20,000 nt of DNA from an uncultured virus (IMG/VR IMGVR_UViG_3300042868_009486) (IMGVR_UViG_3300042868_009486:58577-78576), one strand, 5' to 3'; counted from the stretch's first letter, positions 1 to 8,164 are shown. The notes: generated by a model from the sequence alone, not told the origin. Numbers and translations: made by a program.

Positions 1-2
1 CT

Positions 3-242
3 AACGCAAATTTAGTTGTGACATCTGGAAATGATAAATTCCATCATGGATTAAATTATACTAGTCTACACTCTATGGGTAAGGCTTTAGATGTTACTTT
101 GGATGGGGGTTATCATCGCCAATTTATAAATCTATTGAATAATTATAAAGGTCAATATTCTGGATTCGGTTATATTGACGAATATAATGACCCCTCGGAT
201 GCTTCCACAGGTCCTCACTTCCATTTACAATACAAAGGATAA
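3..242 (+). CDS. 3' end (5'-truncated) of an M15/Hedgehog-DD-peptidase-fold Zn peptidase, likely a peptidoglycan hydrolase domain
   Basis: The frame is open from the window edge (NANLVVTSGND...), so GTG at 18 is probably not the real start. It contains S-L-H-S-M-G-K-A-L-D (SxHxxGxAxD) and a C-terminal H-F-H, the Zn-ligand pattern of M15 peptidases. Stop TAA at 240-242. Confidence 0.75.
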   Translation, partial: NANLVVTSGNDKFHHGLNYTSLHSMGKALDVTLDGGYHRQFINLLNNYKGQYSGFGYIDEYNDPSDASTGPHFHLQYKG

Positions 243-266
243 ATCTTATTTTTCTTATTGTTAAAG

Positions 267-273
267 TATTTAT
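267..273 (+). promoter_or_regulatory. TATTTAT motif, putative phage late promoter
   Basis: Lies 6 nt upstream of ATG 280. The 15-mer AAAGTATTTATTAGT (263-277) is repeated exactly at 6445-6459. Confidence 0.6.
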
Positions 274-279
274 TAGTAA

Positions 280-729
280 ATGAAAAATTTACAAGAGAGC
301 ATATCACGCATCAAAAATTTGATGAATATCTTAGAAGGATCAACGGAGTTTACAAAAGATCCGTATGGTGACTATGCGGACGACCAAGACCCAAGACAAA
401 CAGGACCATCACAATATGGTGTAAATCCAGAAATGGACAAAGAAATGGATAGTTATGATTCTGATGGGATGGGTGAAGGTGAAATCAAAGAAGAGGGTGA
501 AGAAACTGCAACTACAACAGATACTACCACAGATACCACTACTGATACCGCATCTTCAGGGGGAGGTACTGTAAGTAAGTGGGAAAGTGGAGTCAATAGA
601 TCTAAGGGAAACCCTGTCGGGAACACTGTTTGGGATAGTGGGAGAACTAAAGGTCCGACTTACCAAGGTACGGGTTATAAATGGACTTCAGGAAGAGGTT
701 ACGGACCAACAGGAAAATACGCATCATGA
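280..729 (+). CDS. Hypothetical 149-aa acidic, low-complexity protein with leader motif and three 17-aa W-x-S-G repeats; putative virion/internal head protein
   Basis: N-terminus MKNLQESISRIKNLMNILE, acidic middle with TTTD repeats, Trp codons at 580, 631 and 682 spaced exactly 51 nt. Preceded by TATTTAT. Confidence 0.8.
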   Translation: MKNLQESISRIKNLMNILEGSTEFTKDPYGDYADDQDPRQTGPSQYGVNPEMDKEMDSYDSDGMGEGEIKEEGEETATTTDTTTDTTTDTASSGGGTVSKWESGVNRSKGNPVGNTVWDSGRTKGPTYQGTGYKWTSGRGYGPTGKYAS

Positions 730-2852
730 TGGACAAAGATTTATCACTAAATATTGAACTACTTAGACAATTATCATTAATCAATTTTGATAGATCTAAG
801 ACTTTAATGGAACAAACCGTTAAAAGTGATAGATTAGGTTCAGAAGGGCAGTTCCAACCATTAATTGATACTAACAGACCATCTAAAGACACGACAGTTG
901 CATATAGAGTTTTTGAAAAAATTAAAAAAGAAATAAACAAAGATTCATACTGGGTTGAGTTTTGGAAATGGGGTACAGATGAGGACGGATTACTAGAATC
1001 ATTAAAAACCTTAAAAAACAAAAATCAGTATGACATACTTTTAAAATTAATACACAAAAATTTTCCCGAATCGGTAGGGTTAACAATAATTCAGTTTTTA
1101 CAACAACAAGAGTTTAGTGTTGCCCAAGACCCATTTTTTCAAGAACTTAATAGGGATGTTAATATGGCTTCTGAAATACAATATCAGAAAAATGACAAAT
1201 GGTTAATACAATATCAAAATATTCTTCAAAAATTTAATCCATATGAAAAATATTCTTATGAATCAGTTTTTGACCCATCCACAACAATAGCCAAACAAAT
1301 GATACCTCCATATACAAGAGAACTTTTACATGTTGTGTTACCCGTATCTGCGGTATTAGTTGCAATAGCGACGGGTGGTATTGGAACTAGTTTAGGTTAT
1401 GGATTAGTAGAGTTTTCACTCGAATTATTAGATGCTGCTATTTATGCCACGGTAGATGGTGATATATATATGGCAGGATTAGGTATGGTATTTGCTTTAG
1501 TGCCTGGTTTTACTCTTTTGGCAAAATACCTAAAGAATATGGGCATACCTAAGTTCAAAAAGTTTTTAGAAAAGTTAGGTTTATGGAAAGCAGGAAAGAT
1601 CGGTTCCGAATCGTTAAGTTCACAAGAAAGACAAGCTTTAAATGAATTTATTGAGAATCAAGACTATTATGTAAAATTGGCACTTAAAACTGCCATGAAA
1701 AATGTAGTAACCAAAACACTAATGACTCTAACTAAAAATGTAGAAAAGTTTTTAGAATTTTTACTATACTTAGTAAAAAAATCTTTGTTACCTGCAAATT
1801 TTTTAACACAAGCAGGTCTTGTAATGGGAGGTGGTTTTATGACATGGGACGCAATCGCAAGTGGTCTTGGAGTTTGTAGGTCGTTTAGTCTACAAGACCT
1901 TGAAGGTTCAGAAAATAAAATATTATCTCTCTTAGGTAAAATTGGCGGAGCAACACAAAGATTTGCTGAAAGATGCGATACAGAAGAGAAAGAAAAACTA
2001 ATTGATGACATAGAGAAACAACTTAGTACTTTAAAGGATATTGTTGTCATGTCATTGGAACAAATAATAAAATCTAATCTTACATTTAGTGAGAAAAATT
2101 TTAAGAATACTTTTATGTATGAAGTTGTTTTTATTCAGTATGTTCTAAAAAAACTAGGTATTAAAAGTGATCAAAAAGTTGCTAGCTATAGCTACGATAG
2201 TAAAAATATGATTTTGAACTTTCAGAATGCTGAAGAAATAAGTAGTGTCAAAGTGTATAGTGTTTACGGTAGAGAAATGGCATCAAAAAATAATGATGAA
2301 AAAACTAACATACTTGTTGACATGTCTAAATTACAAGAAGGGGTATATATAGTTAATATTACATTATCGGACGATACAAAACGAAACTTCAAAATATTTT
2401 CTTTGAAAAAGTCGTCTCCCGCATATAATTTGGGTGCCGTTAATTCATCATTCAAATGGGGATATTATGATAAATACACTGAAAATGTAATTAAAAAATA
2501 TCAAAAAAATAGAGGATTGAATCCTGACGGTGTTTGTGGAAATGATACATTAGAATCATTATTGGAAGACTCCAAAAAATTTGACAAAATAAATAATTAC
2601 GGTAATATTTCTTTAGATTCAAAATCAATAAAATTAGCTATAGAACAAGCGAGTTCTCAAATCGAAAAAAATCAACTTGAGTGGGAAAAGAAGAATGAAA
2701 GTCAAGTCACTAAAGAAGAAGTACAGGAGGAATTAAACAAACAAAAAGGAAAAAAAATAAAAGAAATTACCGATGATTTAAATGACCTCGAGTTTGATGA
2801 AAATATGTTAAATATGGTAAGTAAAAAATCAGACACCTTGATAAAGAACTGA
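726..2852 (+). CDS. Multidomain hypothetical protein: leader, annexin-like GTDE repeat, hydrophobic helices, peptidoglycan-binding domain with inserted T9SS-CTD-like domain
   Basis: Start probably ATG 726 or 729, overlapping the upstream TGA (ATGATG, 726-731), rather than 681. Motifs: WGTDEDGLLESL (GTDE 972-983); hydrophobic 1323-1523; YEVVFIQYVLKKLG (2118-2159) plus GYYDKYTENVIKKYQKNRGLNPDGVCGNDTL (2460-2552) as PG_binding_1 pattern; VKVYSVYG...VDMSKLQEGVYIVNI...FKI (2187-2411). Confidence 0.8.
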   Translation: MMDKDLSLNIELLRQLSLINFDRSKTLMEQTVKSDRLGSEGQFQPLIDTNRPSKDTTVAYRVFEKIKKEINKDSYWVEFWKWGTDEDGLLESLKTLKNKNQYDILLKLIHKNFPESVGLTIIQFLQQQEFSVAQDPFFQELNRDVNMASEIQYQKNDKWLIQYQNILQKFNPYEKYSYESVFDPSTTIAKQMIPPYTRELLHVVLPVSAVLVAIATGGIGTSLGYGLVEFSLELLDAAIYATVDGDIYMAGLGMVFALVPGFTLLAKYLKNMGIPKFKKFLEKLGLWKAGKIGSESLSSQERQALNEFIENQDYYVKLALKTAMKNVVTKTLMTLTKNVEKFLEFLLYLVKKSLLPANFLTQAGLVMGGGFMTWDAIASGLGVCRSFSLQDLEGSENKILSLLGKIGGATQRFAERCDTEEKEKLIDDIEKQLSTLKDIVVMSLEQIIKSNLTFSEKNFKNTFMYEVVFIQYVLKKLGIKSDQKVASYSYDSKNMILNFQNAEEISSVKVYSVYGREMASKNNDEKTNILVDMSKLQEGVYIVNITLSDDTKRNFKIFSLKKSSPAYNLGAVNSSFKWGYYDKYTENVIKKYQKNRGLNPDGVCGNDTLESLLEDSKKFDKINNYGNISLDSKSIKLAIEQASSQIEKNQLEWEKKNESQVTKEEVQEELNKQKGKKIKEITDDLNDLEFDENMLNMVSKKSDTLIKN

Positions 2853-2881
2853 TAAACTATATTATTTAAATAATTAGGGTA

Positions 2882-2888
2882 TATTTAT
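2882..2888 (+). promoter_or_regulatory. TATTTAT motif, putative late promoter
   Basis: ATATTTATAT in the intergenic gap, 5 nt before ATG 2894. Confidence 0.6.
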
Positions 2889-2893
2889 ATAAA

Positions 2894-5566
2894 ATGAAAA
2901 AAGAACTCATATCTGAAATATCGAGAATACAGGAACTCATGGGTGTTCAAAAACTAATTGTTGAACAAGGAACTTGGTTAAAAACTTTAGCAATCAAAGC
3001 ACCTAGATCGTTTGATAGTTTTATGACAATATTAAAGTCTGTAAGACAAAAGGGCGTTAAAATAACTGATTCGGAATTAGATGAAATACAACTCAAACTA
3101 ATTGAAGCTGGTGGTCTTACTGATGATGAAATTGAAAATCTGATGAAAGTTTTAAGAAATGACATCGAAGTGAGAAAAATACTTTCTACTACAGATGATT
3201 TTTTATCTGATTTGGCAAATAAATTCCCTGACGATGCCGTTCCGAATACATCATTGGCGGGACTTTCCAAAATTAAACTTAATCCCGATCAAATAAAGAA
3301 AATATCAGAAGATGCCGTAAAAGCATTACTTCGTAACAGAAACCATCCAATGAATCGTTTATATACGCTATTAGATGAAACTTTTTACGAGGCGATATAT
3401 GGAATATCCACATCAGGACAAAAGTTAAATAATGTTGACGAAGTATTTGATTTGATCGACGATAACATTAATTACATAATTAAACACAATGTAAAAACGG
3501 GAAAAATTGACCCGTCGATAGTGGATCCAAACTTGCTTTTTCAACAAACATCAGAATTCTTAAGAAATTTTTCAAAAACAAAACAGTTACTAGATGATAT
3601 GGTTGAAAACAAACAAGTATTCAACTATCCAAAAAGAACAAAAACTGTAAAATATGGGGACGCCCCTTTAGGTTTAAACGCTGATGAGGTTATTAAAAGC
3701 ATTGGTGGACAAGGAGTTGATGCAAAGTTTTTAAGCAAATACGAAGAATTATTACAAAAAAATCAGGATGAATTAAACGACCAACAAAAACAATTTATAA
3801 AAGATGTTGATGATTTCAAAAAGGGGATTGATGTAAATCTTGATGACTCCCTTGAATTTGTAATTAGATCAGAAAGATTGGAAGAATTAGGAAACACATT
3901 TAAAATTTTGAGTGCGAAAAATGTAAATTTTGATTCATGGTATGTTAAATATTTTAGACCATTATTTAGATGGTGGGTTGCAAATTTTGAAGTATTAGTT
4001 GATGCAGTAATCAATAGTACCTTGAAACCTAAATTTGAAACATATGCTAAAGAATTTGAAAAGGCGTTCGGAGAGGGATTGGCAGCATATAGAAATGTTA
4101 GTGAAAACCCAACAAAGTTAGATCCATATTATCTTTTTAAAATAAAAGATAGATTACTAAAACTACGATCTGAAATTATTTTGGATCCGGCAAAATATAG
4201 TCGAGAACTTTTTGTAGAAGATTTGTGGAAGGCTTTCAAAGAAAACGCGGTTAAGAAACTTACAACCCAACAAGATATAGAGTCATTCCAAAGTTTTTGT
4301 AAAGTGGTTGATGAACAACCTCCGGGTTTTAGATCAGCATCTATTAGAGACCTTTTTAATAAAGCATCTGTCGATGAGGGTGGTATGGACTTTAAAAAAA
4401 TGTCAGAAGAAACTAGTAAAAAATTCGAAGACATGTCCAAAACCGTAAAAAATAATGAAGTTACCACAGTTATTAAGGACAAAATGGGTGAGTTTATTAT
4501 GAACAGTAAAGTACTGTCATGGTTTACGACAGGATCTTGGAAGACACCTAGAGAGGTTGAGAGATTATTGGCAACAAAGGGATATAGAGGAAGGACGATT
4601 TATTACAACACATTAAAAACTATTGGTTTAAGATATATTTTAGTTCCGTTTGTTGCCGGATTACTCTCTGCTATTTTTGACGCATTCCAAAAGGCGAGAA
4701 ATGTAGTTGGGATGGACACCAAGGATAAAAATTTATTTGAGGCTTACTGGTTACCCGAATATATCGATTTTATATCAGGTAAGTCAATTGTAGAATTTGG
4801 GTTTGAGCAATATATGGGTAAAATACCTGGAGGTAATGAATGGACCGACGTACTACAAATCGCAGTTCCAGGATTTGCGGACAACACGATAATTCAACTT
4901 TATAACAGGCTTAGTTATTATAAAGACAACCCTGGTGAGTATGACAATATTGTGGATGCAACTAAAGCGGCAGTAGGAGAGAAATCTAATCAAGAAATAA
5001 TTAAGAAAAATGATAAGATAATTGAAAAGACTAACAATCGTTTGGAGGAGAGAGTTGAAGAAGTTGGTTATGATCAAATAATTAAGACTCAACAAATTGC
5101 TCTACCGATTTTTAAAAATCGAGTAGACGACTTAGTAAAAGAGGGAATTATCGATAAAGAACAAGGAGAATTTGTAAAAAACAATATGAAATATGTTCCA
5201 AAGTTACCCAAGGATTACTTAAATATGGTAAAACAAAAACAAAAAGAAATGGTTGCCGCTGGTAATGCGGGTGAATTGTTGACAAAAATGAACACAATAT
5301 TTGGTGTGTCAAATATTGATATAACATCAGTATCAATCCCACGAGGGGTGGATTTAGGGTCTATAGTCTTAAATGGTGATAATGTACAATACTTAGTAGT
5401 TCTACAAAAAAGAGATATCTACTCATTACCAGAAAGTGTTTATAATAGTTTCCCTAAAGGACAAGAAATTATGTGGGTTACTCCTGAATTTAATAATTTA
5501 GACTTGAATACGGAAAGAACTTACAACACAATAAAAGACTTTATAGATACATATTACAAAAAATAA
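2894..5566 (+). CDS. Large (890 aa) likely alpha-helical hypothetical protein with leader motif and one hydrophobic segment; putative internal virion/ejection protein
   Basis: Long ORF. N-terminus MKKELISEISRIQELMGVQKLIVEQ resembles that of ORF 280. Hydrophobic stretch IGLRYILVPFVAGLLSAIFDAF near 4622-4687. No recognisable catalytic motif. Confidence 0.8.
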   Translation: MKKELISEISRIQELMGVQKLIVEQGTWLKTLAIKAPRSFDSFMTILKSVRQKGVKITDSELDEIQLKLIEAGGLTDDEIENLMKVLRNDIEVRKILSTTDDFLSDLANKFPDDAVPNTSLAGLSKIKLNPDQIKKISEDAVKALLRNRNHPMNRLYTLLDETFYEAIYGISTSGQKLNNVDEVFDLIDDNINYIIKHNVKTGKIDPSIVDPNLLFQQTSEFLRNFSKTKQLLDDMVENKQVFNYPKRTKTVKYGDAPLGLNADEVIKSIGGQGVDAKFLSKYEELLQKNQDELNDQQKQFIKDVDDFKKGIDVNLDDSLEFVIRSERLEELGNTFKILSAKNVNFDSWYVKYFRPLFRWWVANFEVLVDAVINSTLKPKFETYAKEFEKAFGEGLAAYRNVSENPTKLDPYYLFKIKDRLLKLRSEIILDPAKYSRELFVEDLWKAFKENAVKKLTTQQDIESFQSFCKVVDEQPPGFRSASIRDLFNKASVDEGGMDFKKMSEETSKKFEDMSKTVKNNEVTTVIKDKMGEFIMNSKVLSWFTTGSWKTPREVERLLATKGYRGRTIYYNTLKTIGLRYILVPFVAGLLSAIFDAFQKARNVVGMDTKDKNLFEAYWLPEYIDFISGKSIVEFGFEQYMGKIPGGNEWTDVLQIAVPGFADNTIIQLYNRLSYYKDNPGEYDNIVDATKAAVGEKSNQEIIKKNDKIIEKTNNRLEERVEEVGYDQIIKTQQIALPIFKNRVDDLVKEGIIDKEQGEFVKNNMKYVPKLPKDYLNMVKQKQKEMVAAGNAGELLTKMNTIFGVSNIDITSVSIPRGVDLGSIVLNGDNVQYLVVLQKRDIYSLPESVYNSFPKGQEIMWVTPEFNNLDLNTERTYNTIKDFIDTYYKK

Positions 5567-5570
5567 TAAC

Positions 5571-6440
5571 ATGGAAACAGGAAAAAGATTCGACGAAGAT
5601 AATTTTAAACACTGGAAGGACACTTTCAAATTTAAATCGTATGATGAAGAAAAAGGTGAATACAAAGATGTGAAAATTAACATGGAAGATGTGATGGATA
5701 GAATAAACCATTACAGAAAAAAATATGATGAGGACGACTCATTTGTAAGAGCAGTGGTTGACACGCATGAAGATGTTGTTAAAATTATGTTTACAAAGGA
5801 TTTAGCACATTTGACCGAATCTGTCGAACTTGTTGGTTTAGTTAAGGTTTTACAATCTTTAAGAGAATCAAGAGGAGAAATGGAAATTTGGTCTGTTTCA
5901 AGACCTGCCGACGGTAACTGGTTTTTAGTAAAAGGATCATTTAACAAAAAAGAACTTTCAAATATGGATTTAAAAAAAATCGAGAGAAAGTCAAAAGAGG
6001 AAGATGAACCAAGAGAAAAACCTGAAGACGGTTTAAAAAAAAAAGAACAAAAAGCAATAGAAACACTAAAAGTGAATGAACTTAATGGTGTTAATAGGTT
6101 ACCGATTAAAATCAAAGGTAAGGTAAAAGAAAAAATGGAAAATGGGTGGACTACAATACCCCCATTTCAGTTCTTTAAAGACTTTTATACTGAAAGTGAA
6201 ATAAACTCAGCTTTCAATGACAAAATCAAAATTTACAAACTGAAACCAACCTCTTTATTTTTTGATGAATTGAAATCTAATTCCCCAAAAATTAGAGTTA
6301 ATAGAGGTTTTTGTCGATCATTATACTTGGTTAAAAATGACAATAGTATACAAGAGGACCACCAAAAAGTAGTAGACCATATTCTATCTGAGTGTGACAG
6401 AAAATTTGACGGTAAGTTCGGAATTCGTTACAAGTTTTAA
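5571..6440 (+). CDS. Hypothetical 289-aa charged (Lys/Glu-rich) protein
   Basis: ORF starts 4 nt after the previous stop, on the same strand. No family recognised. Confidence 0.75.
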   Translation: METGKRFDEDNFKHWKDTFKFKSYDEEKGEYKDVKINMEDVMDRINHYRKKYDEDDSFVRAVVDTHEDVVKIMFTKDLAHLTESVELVGLVKVLQSLRESRGEMEIWSVSRPADGNWFLVKGSFNKKELSNMDLKKIERKSKEEDEPREKPEDGLKKKEQKAIETLKVNELNGVNRLPIKIKGKVKEKMENGWTTIPPFQFFKDFYTESEINSAFNDKIKIYKLKPTSLFFDELKSNSPKIRVNRGFCRSLYLVKNDNSIQEDHQKVVDHILSECDRKFDGKFGIRYKF

Positions 6441-6448
6441 TTTCAAAG

Positions 6449-6455
6449 TATTTAT
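6449..6455 (+). promoter_or_regulatory. TATTTAT motif, putative late promoter
   Basis: Within AAAGTATTTATTAGT (identical to 263-277), 8 nt before ATG 6464. Confidence 0.6.
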
Positions 6456-6463
6456 TAGTTGAT

Positions 6464-8164
6464 ATGGATTTTGAAACCGTCATAATTAAAAGAACATTAG
6501 ATCAGAACAGATCCAAATGGAAAGGATGTGGAGACCCAAGTCCTTTTGTAAATTTATATTCTTTAGGTCCACTATCAACACCTCCCGAATTTGGTTATGC
6601 AGAATTTGATGGTGTAATTGATGGTAAAAATATTAAGGTAAAGGCTTGTTTCGATAGTTATAAATTGATTCGTACAATGGAATCGGAAACTGGGGACAGA
6701 GGAACCTTCAATGGAGAATATTACAGTGACTCTACACCACTATCGACGCCAAGACCATTTAAAGGAGACAACTCAAAAGCAAATAAATTTCAGTATGGAA
6801 CTTTAACGGATTCAAAAGATTATAATTTTTTTACTAATAATTGGAAATACGCTGGTGAATTTATAGATGGTAAAATAGGTGGTAAAGGTACGATCATATT
6901 TTTAGACAGTAAAGACACCTATAAGGGCGAGTTCAAAAACGGAATGATTGATGGCGTCGGGACATATAAATCACTATCTACAGGTAAAGAAATAAAAGGA
7001 ACATTTAAACAAAATGATATTGTAATAGGTGTTACCCTATCTGATGGAACCGTAATTAAAAATATTTTTGATTCTGAAATAAGTGTAAATCCTGTAAAAA
7101 ACGATAGTTTGACTTTTAATGTAAGAAAGTCCGCAAATTTAAAAGGAGTAACAAATTTCAAATCCACAATTGTTTATAAAGAAAAACCCGAGGATAGGAA
7201 GTCAAATAACCTTTCGAGAACATTTGAAGGAACACTACCAAATGTAAGTGTGAAATTAGTTAGAAAAGATAATAAAGACGATGTTAAAATAGGTAAAAGT
7301 GACAAAAATGGTGATTTTTTAATTGAGGATATAAATTATGGTGTTTATGTTTTAACGGCAACTCTATCTCATGGTGATAGTCGTTACTTTTTTTTAAAAA
7401 TAGATGAATTAGATATTGATGAAGATAACGAAATAGTTAATTTGATTTTATCACCTAATAAGCAACTCAAAAAGTCAGAAACTGAAACTGTAGAATTTAA
7501 TAAATCTGATCTTTCTAAAAAATCATTCAATACTGATTGGTATCGTAATATGTTTGTACCATCCGATAATAGAGGAGGGTATAAAGATAAATCCACACCA
7601 AAAACTTTAGAAGAAGATTGCCTTCAAAAACTTTCAGAATATGGCGAAGATTTGAAAGTGATGCACCAAACTGGTAAATTCCCAACAAACCTTAGTTTAT
7701 TAGATACTGAAAAAGAAATAAATTTTTCAGATCTAAAAAATAATGAACAATTAAAATCTGTTAAAAATCAATTACAATTTTGTTGGAACAAATATAAGGA
7801 TGTGAAAGGTTTTAGAAGGAAAATCGGCGAAAAAAACATACTACTAATGAGAAATCCTGTAGGACAATTTTTAGATTTCCAATTAATTTTACCTGAACAT
7901 TACAATAAAGAAGATATTTATAATAAAAAAGTTATGGAACTTTCTAAAACCATTTCTAAAGTTGTGTTAGAGCACAAACAAAGAAAACAAGATTCATCGA
8001 ATGAATCAAAAATCATTCGCAATCGTTTGAGTTTTATTGTTGAAAATAGTCACTCAAAAACAATCAAAAAATCACTTATTGAAGAAAAGAGTAAATTGAT
8101 CGATTTTGGTTATAATAAAACTATAGTTAATGAAGAATTTCACGAAATTATGACAAGACTATAA
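6464..8164 (+). CDS. MORN-repeat and CarboxypepD_reg-like (prealbumin-like fold) domain protein with a C-terminal helical module
   Basis: YAGEFIDGKIGGKGTIIF / YKGEFKNGMIDGVGTYKS / IKGTFKQND (about 6845-7018) fit the MORN YxGxFxxGxxxGxG pattern. LPNVSVKL...KSDKNGDFLIEDINYGVYVLTAT (about 7229-7370) fits the CarboxypepD_reg pattern. Confidence 0.75.
   Translation: MDFETVIIKRTLDQNRSKWKGCGDPSPFVNLYSLGPLSTPPEFGYAEFDGVIDGKNIKVKACFDSYKLIRTMESETGDRGTFNGEYYSDSTPLSTPRPFKGDNSKANKFQYGTLTDSKDYNFFTNNWKYAGEFIDGKIGGKGTIIFLDSKDTYKGEFKNGMIDGVGTYKSLSTGKEIKGTFKQNDIVIGVTLSDGTVIKNIFDSEISVNPVKNDSLTFNVRKSANLKGVTNFKSTIVYKEKPEDRKSNNLSRTFEGTLPNVSVKLVRKDNKDDVKIGKSDKNGDFLIEDINYGVYVLTATLSHGDSRYFFLKIDELDIDEDNEIVNLILSPNKQLKKSETETVEFNKSDLSKKSFNTDWYRNMFVPSDNRGGYKDKSTPKTLEEDCLQKLSEYGEDLKVMHQTGKFPTNLSLLDTEKEINFSDLKNNEQLKSVKNQLQFCWNKYKDVKGFRRKIGEKNILLMRNPVGQFLDFQLILPEHYNKEDIYNKKVMELSKTISKVVLEHKQRKQDSSNESKIIRNRLSFIVENSHSKTIKKSLIEEKSKLIDFGYNKTIVNEEFHEIMTRL
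7915..7921 (+). promoter_or_regulatory. Intragenic TATTTAT motif upstream of in-frame ATG 7934
   Basis: GATATTTATAATAAAAAAGTTATG. ATG 7934 is codon 491 of ORF 6464..8164. Confidence 0.5.
7934..8164 (+). CDS. Possible nested in-frame 76-aa product (MELSKTISKVVLEH...IMTRL)
   Basis: Has its own TATTTAT motif and an A-rich spacer, as at bona fide gene starts. The sequence is rich in (V/I/L)xE motifs like the neighbouring leaders. Confidence 0.45.
   Translation: MELSKTISKVVLEHKQRKQDSSNESKIIRNRLSFIVENSHSKTIKKSLIEEKSKLIDFGYNKTIVNEEFHEIMTRL

Noticed and set aside
681..725. ORF-track start at 681 for the 723-aa protein
   Set aside because: It overlaps the repeat-encoding tail of the upstream gene by 49 nt. 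ATGATG at 726-731 overlapping the TGA stop is the more typical coupled start and puts the leader-like sequence at the N-terminus.
2861..2874. Perfect 14-bp palindrome ATTATTTAAATAAT, and TAAATAATTATTTA at 17592-17605
   Set aside because: Both are A/T-only in AT-rich intergenic DNA with different half-site arrangement. This is too weak to call operators or terminators.
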